Assembly (NCBI GenBank): GCA_029260965.1
Contig: JAJDCG010000001.1
Location: 89,221 to 153,220, forward strand
Source of the DNA: Candidatus Levyibacteriota bacterium
GTDB taxonomy: Bacteria; Patescibacteriota; Microgenomatia; Levybacterales; UBA12049
DNA: 64,000 nucleotides
Direction: 5' to 3'
Each line of letters begins with the position of its first letter. Position 1 is the stretch's first letter. The notes under the pieces were generated by a model. It was not told the origin of the DNA and made no database searches. It saw only the letters and a program-made list of their open reading frames with translations. The position numbers were made by a program, and so were the translations under genes. Below are positions 16,540 through 26,843 of this stretch, piece by piece.

Positions 16540-18365
16540 TGGCACGATTACCAATACCAGGTTCAGATGATGGAACATGGGGAGATGTGCTCAATGATTT
16601 TTTATCTCAAGAGCATAATTCAGACGGAACACACAATGGAGTAAATGCAGGCTCACTCAAGACCACAGGGGCATCAGTTGTTATTTCAGGTGCAGATGCG
16701 CCAACTACTGGACAAGTTCTCAAAGCAACCAGCGCAACAGTTGCAAGTTGGCAAACGTTGAGCTCAGTTGGAACACCTGAAGTTTTAATTGCTGCTACAA
16801 ACACCGCCCAGGATATAAAAGATGTAGCAGATTATACATGCGATGGAGTCAATGATGAAGTACAGATCAATGCGGCTATTACAAGTCTTGTAACTCTTGG
16901 AGGAAGGGTAGTTCTTAGTTATGGAACTTTTACTGTCTCAGACGAGATTTTGATGAAAACAGGGGTAGAAATATCAGGGCAAGGTCCTGGGACACATGTG
17001 AAAGCATCAGGTTTTTCAGCTGGAAAAGCAATGTTTCGTCTAGCTGATGTCAATGTGCATGCTACAGGAATTTATGACATGTTAATAGATGGAAATTTTT
17101 CGGCTGGTGGAGCGGTTGCTGGTATTGATTATGATAATACAGGTGGCGTTTTTACTGGAGGTGCAATCAGTACTAATTCAGATTGCGCTCATCGTCTGCA
17201 ACGTTTGATTGTCCGAAATACAGGATCAGCTGCGACACCTCGTTATGGTTTTCGTAATATTGGTTCATTTGCGTCAAATTTTGTTAGTGACATTCGTTTT
17301 CAGCAGTGTCGTAATGGCGTATATGTTGACAGTCCAGATTCTTTTTATAGCAATCTTGAAATTTCCTCTGCTGATGGAGTGGGTTTTACTATAGCAGGCG
17401 CCAATAATCGTATCGTCAATTCCAAAGCATATTTTAATGCAACCGATGGATTTCTGATTACTGCCGGACGTAATACGTTGACTGGATGCGAGGCTCAGGA
17501 TAATGGACGTTGGGGATTGAACTTAACTGCTGGGGATTGCAATATCGCTGGGTTTATGGCTGACTCAAATCAGAAAAATGATAATTCAGGTGGTGGTGTG
17601 CTGATTGCAAGTAGTGGGAATAATTTGATTGGACTTGATATTTTTGATCGGGCCCCATCTGGTCATACGTTTCCACAAACAAGAGGTGTGTCATTTTCTG
17701 GTACAAGAACTAATAATGTCGTCATAGGTAGAGTTCATGTGCCTAGTGGCACAAACTATGTTGAAGGCATTACATCTGGTGCCAGCAATTTAATTGAAAT
17801 TGTTACCAAACAAGGTAGTACCGCACAATCGTTAACAACAACTCGTATTAACGCTCAGGACACAAAACCTACTGGTGCTTTATTTCAAAATTTTGATCGA
17901 CAACTAGCAGGTAATACGGCTATTGCTCCTACTTCGGGTACTATGCGACTGGTATCTATTTGGTTACCAGCTGGCACTCTAGTAACATCAGCTACTTTTT
18001 GTGCAGGTACAACTGCCATGTCTGGTGGTACACATGGATGGGCTGCTCTATATGATTCTTCACTTGCTTTAGTTGGATCTCAATCAGCAAATGACACAGG
18101 AATTACGTGGGCAGCTAATGCAGCAAAAACTTTTACGTTTGGCTCTACTTATACTACGACCTACACAGGACTGTATTATGTTGGGCTTTTAATGGTTGCA
18201 AGTACTATGCCAACAATGTGTGGTCAAACAATTGGCATTGGGATATCGGGCATGGCGCCTGCAATGGGGGGGAACTCAACTACAAGTCTGACAACTACAG
18301 CGCCTAACCCTGCTGCTGCAATTTCTGGAGGTACTGCAGGCATGATCTACTGTTATGTTGGTTAA
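16539..18365 (+). CDS. right-handed parallel beta-helix (pectate-lyase-like) protein, tail-fibre/adhesin-like
   Basis: 608 aa and GC-richer. Repeated N/G/T-rich beta-helix rungs, for example NNRIVNSKAYFN..NTLTGCEAQDNGRWGLNLTAGDCNIAG. The C-terminus is Gly/Thr/Ala-rich. The conserved N-terminus is MARLPIPGSDDGTWGD. Confidence 0.55.
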   Translation: MARLPIPGSDDGTWGDVLNDFLSQEHNSDGTHNGVNAGSLKTTGASVVISGADAPTTGQVLKATSATVASWQTLSSVGTPEVLIAATNTAQDIKDVADYTCDGVNDEVQINAAITSLVTLGGRVVLSYGTFTVSDEILMKTGVEISGQGPGTHVKASGFSAGKAMFRLADVNVHATGIYDMLIDGNFSAGGAVAGIDYDNTGGVFTGGAISTNSDCAHRLQRLIVRNTGSAATPRYGFRNIGSFASNFVSDIRFQQCRNGVYVDSPDSFYSNLEISSADGVGFTIAGANNRIVNSKAYFNATDGFLITAGRNTLTGCEAQDNGRWGLNLTAGDCNIAGFMADSNQKNDNSGGGVLIASSGNNLIGLDIFDRAPSGHTFPQTRGVSFSGTRTNNVVIGRVHVPSGTNYVEGITSGASNLIEIVTKQGSTAQSLTTTRINAQDTKPTGALFQNFDRQLAGNTAIAPTSGTMRLVSIWLPAGTLVTSATFCAGTTAMSGGTHGWAALYDSSLALVGSQSANDTGITWAANAAKTFTFGSTYTTTYTGLYYVGLLMVASTMPTMCGQTIGIGISGMAPAMGGNSTTSLTTTAPNPAAAISGGTAGMIYCYVG

Positions 18366-18440
18366 GCCTTATTAAGATCGGGACTCCAACACGCTTAATA
18401 TTTTAGCGAACATAAATATATATAGATAAATAAATTAATA

Positions 18441-18733
18441 ATGGCACGATTACCAATACCAGGTTCAGATGATGGAACATGGGGAGACACCCTTAACGAA
18501 TTCTTATTAGTTGAGCACAACTCTGATGGCAGTCGAGATAATGCTAATACGAGCTTGGGGGTTTAGCCTTTATAGGTGGATCAAGTGCTACTGAGCCTCC
18601 AATCAGCTCAGCGGTTTGGGTGACAAATGCATTGGTTGTGCCAAGTGGTACGACCAAAGTCAGACTAATTGATTTTTTTAAGGGTGCAGGAACTGTTAGA
18701 ATTGGGCGAATGTGTATTAGAAAATCCGGAACT
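18441..18733 (+). pseudogene. decayed partial paralogue of the beta-helix gene (41-codon N-terminal ORF, then a frameshifted C-terminal-like remnant)
   Basis: 18441-18487 is 47/47 identical to 16539-16585. It encodes MARLPIPGSDDGTWGDTLNEFLLVEHNSDG... and stops at 18566. The +2 frame at 18569-18733 is open and encodes ...ALVVPSGTTKVRLIDF, which resembles IWLPAGTLVTSATF of the full gene. Confidence 0.55.
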
Positions 18734-18740
18734 TAGTTTT

Positions 18741-20273
18741 TTAGTACAAACTATCAGTTTTTGGTCTGTATTGTAGCGCTTCAGCAATATGGTTAGGTTT
18801 GATCTCAGAATTTCCCTCTAGATCAGCTATGGTGCGTGCGAGCTTGATCATTCGATAGTAAGATCTACCTGATAAATTCATCTTGCTGACTGCAACACGC
18901 AGGAGATTTACACACTCTTCTGTTAGTGCGCAAAAAACTTTTATATCCCTGTTAGTCAGTTCAGCATTTGATGCAATGTTTGATTTTTTATATCGCTTGA
19001 TCTGTTTGTTTCGTGCAGCCTGTACTCTTTTTCTGATGCTTTTAGAGTCTTCAATTGAACCTGAATCTGCTTCAGTTAGTTTTTCTACCTTTACAGCTGG
19101 AACCTCGATATGAATATCAATTCTATCAAGAAGCGGTCCTGAGACCTTTTTTTGATAACGAAGGATTTGTGACGGCGCGCAGCTGCAGGGTTTTTGTTTA
19201 TCCCCAAGATATCCACAAGGGCAAGGATTCTGAGCTGCAACAAGCATGAATTTGGCTGGAAAAGTTACCTTGCCTTTGGATCTGGAGACAGAAACAATAT
19301 TGTCCTCAATTGGTTGCCTGAGACTTTCAAGCACGCTGCGTGGGAATTCAGGAAATTCGTCAAGAAAGAGTACTCCGCGATGGGCAAGTGTGATTTCGCC
19401 TGGTTTTGGATGAGAGCCACCACCTATGAGACCAACCAGGGAGGTTGTGTGGTGGGGTGATCTGAAAGGACGGGTTTTGACCATTGCATCTTTACCCAGA
19501 AGACCTGCGATTGAGTAAATTTTAGTGACTTCAATCATTTCATCAAACGTAAGATCTGGAAGAATTGATGGAAAGGATCTAGCCAAAAGCGTTTTTCCAG
19601 CGCCAGGCGGGCCCTTCATTAAAATATTGTGCCCACCTGCTGCTGCTATTTCAAGCGCTCTTTTGGTTTGTTGTTGGCCTTTTATTTCACGCATATCATA
19701 CTCAAAGCTCGTGTTTGAATTTTGGCTAGAAAACCTGAGGGGCTTTATGGGCTTTATTGCAGTTAGATTTGCTAGATGTTGATAAATCTCTTTAAGTGTG
19801 CTGACAGGATAAATATCAAGCTTTGTGACAATTGCTGCTTCGCGAGCATTTTCTGAGGGCAGGAAAAGTCTTTTGTATTTTTTATCTTTGGCCAATATTG
19901 CTTGATTTAGTGCCCCGTTTATGGAACGCACACGTCCATCAAGTGAAAGCTCGCCTGTGAAAATCGCATCATTAGCATCAGTTACGAGTTGGCCAGATGC
20001 CATCAGTATTCCAAGGGCAATTGGCAAATCATAAGACGCGCCTTCTTTTGGTAGATCCGCTGGCGCGAGATTAACTGTTATTTTTTTGGCAGGAAATTCA
20101 GCGCCTGTGTTTTTGATAGCAGATCGCACTCGTTCTTTGGCCTCATCAACTGATTTATCAGGAAGCCCAACAATGGTAAATGAGGGAAGTCCCATGGAAG
20201 CTATATCCACCTCTACCTCAATCGGTACAGCCTCAAGTCCGATAACAGCAGCGGAAATGACTTTTGCCAGCAT
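18741..20273 (-). CDS. YifB/ComM family Mg-chelatase-like AAA+ ATPase
   Basis: The N-terminal Lon-like domain is MLAKVISAAVIGLEAVPIEVEVD. Walker A is GPPGAGKT. The C-terminus is typical of ComM. The start was set at the internal Met at 20273. Confidence 0.8.
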   Translation of the reverse strand: MLAKVISAAVIGLEAVPIEVEVDIASMGLPSFTIVGLPDKSVDEAKERVRSAIKNTGAEFPAKKITVNLAPADLPKEGASYDLPIALGILMASGQLVTDANDAIFTGELSLDGRVRSINGALNQAILAKDKKYKRLFLPSENAREAAIVTKLDIYPVSTLKEIYQHLANLTAIKPIKPLRFSSQNSNTSFEYDMREIKGQQQTKRALEIAAAGGHNILMKGPPGAGKTLLARSFPSILPDLTFDEMIEVTKIYSIAGLLGKDAMVKTRPFRSPHHTTSLVGLIGGGSHPKPGEITLAHRGVLFLDEFPEFPRSVLESLRQPIEDNIVSVSRSKGKVTFPAKFMLVAAQNPCPCGYLGDKQKPCSCAPSQILRYQKKVSGPLLDRIDIHIEVPAVKVEKLTEADSGSIEDSKSIRKRVQAARNKQIKRYKKSNIASNAELTNRDIKVFCALTEECVNLLRVAVSKMNLSGRSYYRMIKLARTIADLEGNSEIKPNHIAEALQYRPKTDSLY

Positions 20274-20354
20274 AGATTTATGATAGCAGAAAGTTTCTCT
20301 CAAAGAATGTTTTGAAACTTTTTTTCTCCAAAGTGCGTATAATAAGGGCGCGAG

Positions 20355-20876
20355 ATGGATGAGAAAAAAATAATTAATCAAATCCTGGCAGGGGATGATA
20401 AGAAATATAAATTACTTTTGGAACGTTACCAGCCAGGTCTCGTCCGACATTGTCTTGCTATGGTGCATGATCCAGAACAGGCAAACGATTTGGTGCAAGA
20501 AGCATCAATCAAAGCTTATTTTCAGCTTAAAAAGTATGACGATAAATACCGTTTTTCTACCTGGATTTATAAGATTGCAACCAATTTAAGTCTGGATTAT
20601 TTAAGAAAGAAGAAACATTTCTCTCTTGAAGATGTTTCTGATTTGAGAAGCAACATGCCAACACCGCCAGAAGAATTGGATAAGAAGGAAGCTGTGAATT
20701 CAGTGCAAAAAGCAGTCATGAAATTACCAATAAAATATCAAGGTGTTATAAGTCTTTATTACTGGCAGGATCAAACTTATGAAGAAATTGCACATATTAT
20801 GAACGTGCCAACAAATACTATTCGTACTTGGCTTAAAAGAGCAAAGGAAAAATTAAAGGAGGAGCTGAATGGATAA
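20355..20876 (+). CDS. ECF-type RNA polymerase sigma factor (sigma-70 family regions 2 and 4)
   Basis: Region 2 is DLVQEASIKAYFQLKKYDDKYRFSTWIYKIATNLSLDYLRKK. Region 4 is the HTH EIAHIMNVPTNTIRTWLKRAKEKL. Confidence 0.8.
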   Translation: MDEKKIINQILAGDDKKYKLLLERYQPGLVRHCLAMVHDPEQANDLVQEASIKAYFQLKKYDDKYRFSTWIYKIATNLSLDYLRKKKHFSLEDVSDLRSNMPTPPEELDKKEAVNSVQKAVMKLPIKYQGVISLYYWQDQTYEEIAHIMNVPTNTIRTWLKRAKEKLKEELNG

Positions 20877-22371
20877 TCTGGATAAACTGTTGCAAAAAAA
20901 TGAACTTAAGGCAAAGGCTAGAGAAAGTCTGACTGAGGATACTTTGATTTTAATTTCAGAGATAAAGTCTGTAAAGACAATCCAAAAAAAACTGGCATTT
21001 ACATTTTTTGTACTTGTTTTTATTTTTATCACCAAGTGGCTCAGTAATGATATATTATTTTTAATAAATTTAGCAATTACAAAATACACTTTTGTCCGTT
21101 CGCAGATGTTTTTATATTTTGAAGCATTACTTGAATCTATCCCAAGGTTTCAATTTTTCGCAATTCTTTTTACCAGTATTTTATGGCTAGGATGGAAGAG
21201 GTTTGAAACTTTTATTCAGCACACTCGTATAACAAGTAAGAAAACATTTGCTATGAAAATTATGAAAATGACACCACGACTACTTATTGCAAGTATATTA
21301 TTGGTAGGTACTGTTTTGGGTTTTTCTGGATATACCTATGCTCAAAAAGAGGAACAAAAAAAACTTGAGATTTTAAAAGAATATGTTAATGCGACCGGAC
21401 GGGTAGAGCTTGATACAAACTATGAAGAGGAGTGTAAATCTTCGCTTGGTGACTATCTACAAAATCGAACTAATAAATTTGAAATTAAACAAGGATCAGG
21501 ACTTAGCGCAGGAGATGCTCAGAAAATATTGGAAGCTAACTGTCTTGTCCGCAATGCAAGAATGTTTATTAAAGATAAATTTTCAAGTGGGAAACAAAAC
21601 AGCAGCAGTTATGAACATATGATATTAGGAGAGTCTAAAATTATAGAACTGTCAAAAAATACAATAACAATAGAGTTTTCAAACGTTCCAGAAAAAATTC
21701 AAATTCCTTCGGAAGAATATACTGTCACGAATAATACAAAAATATATAAAAATCAGATCTTAACCTCAAAAGAGTCACTTAAAAAAGGTGACATTGTAAT
21801 AGTCATAGGTGAGCATGGTGATAGAGAAAATACCGATAAAGCATTAATAAGCAAAGAGGCGTTGGGAGTTTACGTTCTTCCAGAACAGCCTGAATTTAAA
21901 TGGTATAATCCGATGTTGATTTACTCTCTTACTCAGATTCAACATTGTGAAGGTAACCCTGATGACAGATGCAGCTTTACAGGAAGTATAGATCTTTTTC
22001 CAAGTGGTGCTGGAGAAGGAAATTTTTTTAATCCGAAATTTACTCCATTGGAGTTTCCTCCCACTAAAAATAGTCCTGTTATAAAAGAAATTGCTGGATC
22101 GTTGATTGAAATTAACGATAAATATGTAAAAATTAAATCTTCATCAGGAAGAGAGCTTACGGTAAATTTTCAAAGCAATCCGATTGATTATTTTAATAAA
22201 AATATTTCACAAAATCATAATAATCTAAAAATAGAATTAGGTGATACGATTATGGTAAGATATGCTGAAGCACACGATGAGCATTCAGTAATTATAGAAA
22301 ATAAACAGATAATGAATGCAGTTTTTGTAATAGAAGTTACATTAAAATATGATTCGGTTGAGAAGTATTAA
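20869..22371 (+). CDS. putative membrane anti-sigma factor / regulatory partner of the ECF sigma
   Basis: Its start overlaps the sigma gene stop (ATGGATAA). A short cytoplasmic N-terminus is followed by TM segments and a large extracytoplasmic domain with no known fold. Confidence 0.4.
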   Translation: MDNLDKLLQKNELKAKARESLTEDTLILISEIKSVKTIQKKLAFTFFVLVFIFITKWLSNDILFLINLAITKYTFVRSQMFLYFEALLESIPRFQFFAILFTSILWLGWKRFETFIQHTRITSKKTFAMKIMKMTPRLLIASILLVGTVLGFSGYTYAQKEEQKKLEILKEYVNATGRVELDTNYEEECKSSLGDYLQNRTNKFEIKQGSGLSAGDAQKILEANCLVRNARMFIKDKFSSGKQNSSSYEHMILGESKIIELSKNTITIEFSNVPEKIQIPSEEYTVTNNTKIYKNQILTSKESLKKGDIVIVIGEHGDRENTDKALISKEALGVYVLPEQPEFKWYNPMLIYSLTQIQHCEGNPDDRCSFTGSIDLFPSGAGEGNFFNPKFTPLEFPPTKNSPVIKEIAGSLIEINDKYVKIKSSSGRELTVNFQSNPIDYFNKNISQNHNNLKIELGDTIMVRYAEAHDEHSVIIENKQIMNAVFVIEVTLKYDSVEKY

Positions 22372-22373
22372 AA

Positions 22374-22556
22374 TCAGCAGAATTCGCAGGATTTGGCTTT
22401 TTTCTTTGAAGATTTATCTATACTCCCACAACATTTTTCGCAGCAGTATTTTTGACCCTCTTTTGTGAATGGCTCACCTGCTTTTATTTTTTTATCGCAG
22501 TGTGAACAAACGTGAGCTTCCTGATCTGTTTTTGGTCCTAGTCCGAAAATACCCAT
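22374..22556 (-). CDS. small TRASH/YHS-like Cys-rich metal-binding protein
   Basis: 60 aa, HVCSHCDKKIKAGEPFTKEGQKYCCEKCCGS, i.e. C-x2-C-x17-CC-x2-CC, and a terminal CEFC. Confidence 0.5.
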   Translation of the reverse strand: MGIFGLGPKTDQEAHVCSHCDKKIKAGEPFTKEGQKYCCEKCCGSIDKSSKKKAKSCEFC

Positions 22557-22635
22557 ACCATTAACTTACTACAGATTTGATTTGGTTGTCAAATAAGGTG
22601 GCTTTTTTGATAAACTGGAATAGTCCAGGAAATAA

Positions 22636-22670
22636 AAATCCGAAGCACGAAATCCTAAATTCGAAACAAT
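22636..22670. repeat. ~35-nt dispersed intergenic repeat copy (aaatccgaagcacgaaatcctaaattcgaaacaat) in the 5' leader of the P-type ATPase gene
   Basis: The reverse-complement match to 13364-13398. It lies between a putative promoter (TTGTCA at 22586-91) and the ATG at 22691. Confidence 0.6.
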
Positions 22671-22690
22671 TTCAAAATTTAAAAATCCAA

Positions 22691-25375
22691 ATGACAGAAA
22701 CTGCCCATTTTTATCAATTAACAAAAGAAAAGCTTTTTGGTCTTTTCAAAACTTCTGATCAGGGACTGTCTGAGGTAGATGCGAAAAAGCGTCTTGATCA
22801 AAATGGTGTCAATCAGCTAACAGCAAAGAAAAAAGTATCTGCCTTCGCGCTCTATTTGTCCCAGTTCAAAAATACACTGACACTTATTCTTATTGCCGCC
22901 TCAATTTTAGTACTATTTATTTATTACTTCGGAGAACGTGATCCATCTGACCTCATAGAAGCTGGGTTGATACTGGCGATTGTTTTTATGATAACGCTTC
23001 TTGGATTCATCCAGGAGTACAAAGCAGAAAAAGCTATTGAATCATTAAAAAAACTACTTTCATATAAAACAAAAGTGTTAAGAGATGGAACAGAGCGAGA
23101 GGTTGATGTGGCAGATTTGGTAACAGGAGATATAGTAATCATTGAGGAAGGTAGCAAGACACCAGCAGATATGAGATTGCTTGAAGCGTACTCTCTCATG
23201 ATAAATGAAGCATCACTCACTGGTGAATCGGTGCCTGTTTCAAAATTTACGGATCTGATTTCTGGTAATACGCAGATTGCAGATCAGAAAAATATGCTTT
23301 TTGCAGGAACATCTGTGACATCAGGTCGTGGGATTGGCTTGGTTGTAGCTACGGGAGATGGTACTGAGATAGGTAAAATCGCCAAGAATGTTGCTGAGGT
23401 TGAAAAAGAAGCAACACCAATTCAAAAAAAATTATCAAGAATAGGGAAGATAATCGGGCTTGTTGTCTTGGCAATAAGTCTTGTTGTTTTCGTATTTATT
23501 GTTTTCTTTGCTGAAGATTTTACTAGTCAGCCAATCCTACAGCGTATTATTCATTCATTTATCGCAAGTGTTGCGCTTGCTGTTGCGGCAATTCCTGAAG
23601 GGCTTCCTGCGGTAGTTACCATTTCGCTTGCATTTGGTACGCAAAGAATGCTCAAAAAAAACGTGTTGGTTAGAAAGCTTAATTCAGTCGAGACACTGGG
23701 ATCAACAGATACCATTTGTTCTGATAAAACAGGGACTCTCACAAAGGGAGAAATGACTGTCAGAAAAATTTATTTTGGAGGAAAACTGATTGAAGTTACA
23801 GGTGCAGGTTATGTAACTAAAGGAGAATTCCTTTTTGGGGATAAAAAGATAGGTGTTAAAGAAGTAGCCCCGCTTTTGGAATGTGGTTTCTTTTGTAACA
23901 ATGCAAAACTTGAAGACAAAAATATTTTGGGAGATCCCACAGAGGCAGCACTTCTTGTTTCATCTGCGAAGGCCGGTATAAATCCCAAAGGAAAAAGAGT
24001 TTTAGAAATTCCTTTTAGTAGTGAACGAAAAATGATGTCTGTAGTAGTTGAAAAAAATGACAAATTGGTAATTTATACCAAGGGTGCTGTGGAAGAAGTT
24101 TTGAATCATTCAAATATTTCCCCCACTGAAAAAAGAAAGATTTTAGCAGTAAATGAAAAGTTGGCAGGAGAAGCTCTACGTGGTCTTGCATTTGCTTTTA
24201 AAGAAATATCAAAATCAGAATTTGTGAAACAAAAAAATTCTTCGAGAGGCTCAGGACAGAAAAAACTCGAGTCAGGTTTAACTTTTCTAGGTATTCAAGC
24301 CATGATTGATCCGCCGCGTACTGAGGTTGCGCCACTTATCAAATCATGTCAGGAATCAGGAATACGAGTCGTGATGATAACAGGAGACCACATAGATACG
24401 GCGCGTGCTGTTGCCCGTGAGATCGGTATAACAGGTGAGGGTTTGACAGGTTTAGAGCTTGAGAAAATGAATGATTCAGAGTTTATAAAAACAGTTGAAA
24501 ATATAAGTATATATGCAAGAGTTAATCCAAATACAAAAATGAGAATTATTTCAGCATTAAAGAAAAAAGGTCATATTGTTGCGATGACAGGAGATGGAGT
24601 AAATGATGCGCCAGCTTTGAAAAAATCAGATATTGGTATTGCAATGGGAATAACGGGTACTGATGTTGCTAAGGAGTCAGCTGATATGGTTTTGTTGGAC
24701 GATAAATTTTCAACGATAGTTGCATCAGTTGAGGAGGGGCGAGGTATATTCCACAATATTCGTAAATTTGTGACATATCTTCTCTCGTGCAATATTGGTG
24801 AAGTGATGTTGGTTTTTGTATCAGTAATGCTATTTCAGAAATTGCCATTATCTGCGACAATGCTTCTCTGGATAAATATCGTTACTGATGGGATACCAGC
24901 AATTGCACTTGGTGTTGATCCTGCGGAGAAAAATATCCTCTCACACAAGCCTGCAGTTTTTCAAAAAAATATTATTACGCGCAGGCTTTGGGTTGAGATG
25001 ATTGTCTTTGGAGTTTTATTAACCATTGCTTGTATTGGTATATTTTTGATTGATCTTCCATTTGGTTTGGAGCGGGCACGTGGTGCTGTATTTACGGCAA
25101 TAGTGTTTTTTGAGCTGGTTGGCCTTTTTTTAATACGTGATGATTATAAAGTATCATTTTTTTCAAATCCCTGGCTTCTCATATCGGTTTTTGTGACAGT
25201 AATTATTCAGCTTATGATTGTATATATCCCTGTAATTGCAAGTCTTTTTGAGATAAAAGCAGTTGATTATCTGGATTGGATTTATATAATGGCAGCATCA
25301 GGTCTGATTTGGTTGATTTTTAAATCTGCAGAAAATATACTTGATCAATTTTCATCGATGAGAATGGATGCCTGA
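22691..25375 (+). CDS. P-type cation-transporting ATPase (P2/Ca2+-Mg2+ type)
   Basis: DKTGTLT at the phosphorylation site, [21 protein letters not shown], and IPEGLP in TM4. It lacks a CPC heavy-metal motif. The start was set at the internal ATG at 22691, after the leader repeat. Confidence 0.85.
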   Translation: MTETAHFYQLTKEKLFGLFKTSDQGLSEVDAKKRLDQNGVNQLTAKKKVSAFALYLSQFKNTLTLILIAASILVLFIYYFGERDPSDLIEAGLILAIVFMITLLGFIQEYKAEKAIESLKKLLSYKTKVLRDGTEREVDVADLVTGDIVIIEEGSKTPADMRLLEAYSLMINEASLTGESVPVSKFTDLISGNTQIADQKNMLFAGTSVTSGRGIGLVVATGDGTEIGKIAKNVAEVEKEATPIQKKLSRIGKIIGLVVLAISLVVFVFIVFFAEDFTSQPILQRIIHSFIASVALAVAAIPEGLPAVVTISLAFGTQRMLKKNVLVRKLNSVETLGSTDTICSDKTGTLTKGEMTVRKIYFGGKLIEVTGAGYVTKGEFLFGDKKIGVKEVAPLLECGFFCNNAKLEDKNILGDPTEAALLVSSAKAGINPKGKRVLEIPFSSERKMMSVVVEKNDKLVIYTKGAVEEVLNHSNISPTEKRKILAVNEKLAGEALRGLAFAFKEISKSEFVKQKNSSRGSGQKKLESGLTFLGIQAMIDPPRTEVAPLIKSCQESGIRVVMITGDHIDTARAVAREIGITGEGLTGLELEKMNDSEFIKTVENISIYARVNPNTKMRIISALKKKGHIVAMTGDGVNDAPALKKSDIGIAMGITGTDVAKESADMVLLDDKFSTIVASVEEGRGIFHNIRKFVTYLLSCNIGEVMLVFVSVMLFQKLPLSATMLLWINIVTDGIPAIALGVDPAEKNILSHKPAVFQKNIITRRLWVEMIVFGVLLTIACIGIFLIDLPFGLERARGAVFTAIVFFELVGLFLIRDDYKVSFFSNPWLLISVFVTVIIQLMIVYIPVIASLFEIKAVDYLDWIYIMAASGLIWLIFKSAENILDQFSSMRMDA

Positions 25376-25428
25376 TAGGCCTTGTAGAATATCTACAAAT
25401 ACGTTAATCTAGATATAGATCTATATTT

Positions 25429-26148
25429 ATGGAAGACCTGCTCAATTCTTATGCGTTAAATGTGCTGCTTTTGGGAACAATACTACTTGTTCTTTTTGCC
25501 GTAATTTCTCTAAAAAAGAGAAAACTATCAGAAGATAGTAAAAAGATGCTTTTTGGGGGAATAATAACTGCAACCATTATACCAACGCTCTTGATGGCAG
25601 GATCAACCATCTATCTAAACACAATCTCATCAAGTGGTGGTCCTGTTCATTGGCATGCTGATTTTGAAGTATGGAGCTGTGGGAGGCAGGTAGAATTGGT
25701 AGACCCGAAGGGTTTCAGTAATAAGATTGGTACAGCAACCCTCCATGAACATAATGACAAAAGAATTCACCTAGAAGGATTAGTGATGGAGTCTCTGGAT
25801 GCCAGCCTTGGGAATTTTTTTAATGTGGTTGGTGGACATCTGAGTACGAATTCATTTAGTATGCCAACAACTGATGGAGATGTATATTTTGAGAATGGAC
25901 AATCCTGTCAAGAGGGTGTTGCGGAAGTTCAGGTTTTTGTCTACAGGACGGATGAAAATAATCAGTTTTTTCAGGAAAAGCTCGATAATCCAGTTGACTT
26001 TATCATCAGAGATAATTCGGCAGTGCCACCAGGAGATTGCATAATCGTTGAGTTTGATACCCCCAAGGATAAGACAGACAAGCTATGTAAGAGTTATCAA
26101 GTAGCAGAGGAGATAGAAGAAATAGAGAGGAGGCCAAATGGGAATTGA
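25429..26148 (+). CDS. hypothetical membrane protein (two N-terminal TM helices, extracytoplasmic domain)
   Basis: It overlaps the start of the downstream CcdA gene. No recognisable domain. Confidence 0.4.
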   Translation: MEDLLNSYALNVLLLGTILLVLFAVISLKKRKLSEDSKKMLFGGIITATIIPTLLMAGSTIYLNTISSSGGPVHWHADFEVWSCGRQVELVDPKGFSNKIGTATLHEHNDKRIHLEGLVMESLDASLGNFFNVVGGHLSTNSFSMPTTDGDVYFENGQSCQEGVAEVQVFVYRTDENNQFFQEKLDNPVDFIIRDNSAVPPGDCIIVEFDTPKDKTDKLCKSYQVAEEIEEIERRPNGN

Positions 26149-26842
26149 TCTACCAACACTATCAGTAGTTGTTTCTGCAGCAGCAATTGACAGCATAAAC
26201 CCATGCGCTATAGGAGTTCTTATTCTTATGGTGTCAGTAATCCTTGGAGGTAAGGGATCTACTAAAAGACTTTTGTTTCTCGGTAGTCTTTATATCCTTG
26301 CTATTTTCATGACTTATCTGATTGCTGGACTTGGTCTCATTTATTTTTTGGCAAGTGTGCCACTTTATATAGCTGAATATTTGTCGCTTGTTGTGGGTGT
26401 TTTAGTTATACTTGCAGGACTTTTGGAGATTAAAGACTTTTTTTGGTACGGTCAGGGCTTTTCGCTTCAGATACCTCCTTATTTTGCTGAAAAAATTCAC
26501 AAATTTTCCAAAAACGTTACAGTACCAGGAGTCATATTCCTTGGTGCATTCATAGCAGGCGTGGAGCTTCCATGTACAGGCGCGCCCTATCTGGCAATCA
26601 TTACACTTCTTTCGCTTAACTTTAATTTCCAGGCTTTCATGATGCTTGTTTTATATAATATAGTTTTTGTATTGCCACTTATCATAATTCTTTTAATGGT
26701 AGCAGGAGGCACAAAAGTAAGCAGCATTAAGAAGTGGAAACAGAGCAACAAGGGCTACATGAGATTTGCAATTGGCTATCTTTTGATTGCTCTTGGTTGG
26801 CTTTTGATACTTATTGCAAACGGAACAATTAACTTTGGCTGA
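26138..26842 (+). CDS. cytochrome c biogenesis CcdA/DsbD-family thiol:disulfide transporter
   Basis: The conserved TM cysteines are AIDSINPCAIGVLILM and GVELPCTGAPYLAII. Confidence 0.75.
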   Translation: MGIDLPTLSVVVSAAAIDSINPCAIGVLILMVSVILGGKGSTKRLLFLGSLYILAIFMTYLIAGLGLIYFLASVPLYIAEYLSLVVGVLVILAGLLEIKDFFWYGQGFSLQIPPYFAEKIHKFSKNVTVPGVIFLGAFIAGVELPCTGAPYLAIITLLSLNFNFQAFMMLVLYNIVFVLPLIIILLMVAGGTKVSSIKKWKQSNKGYMRFAIGYLLIALGWLLILIANGTINFG

Positions 26843-26843
26843 T

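Noticed and set aside
16539-18740. Diversity-generating retroelement (template repeat / variable repeat pair) acting on the tail-fibre-like gene
   Set aside because: No reverse transcriptase gene (YxDD motif) is present in the window. The downstream fragment has no nucleotide-level similarity to the 3' end of the 608-aa gene. Only the 5' 47 nt are shared.
22691-25375. Heavy-metal (P1B) ATPase interpretation suggested by the adjacent TRASH protein
   Set aside because: The sequence has IPEGLP in TM4 and no CPC/CPH motif or N-terminal metal-binding domain. It is P2-type (Ca/Mg-like).
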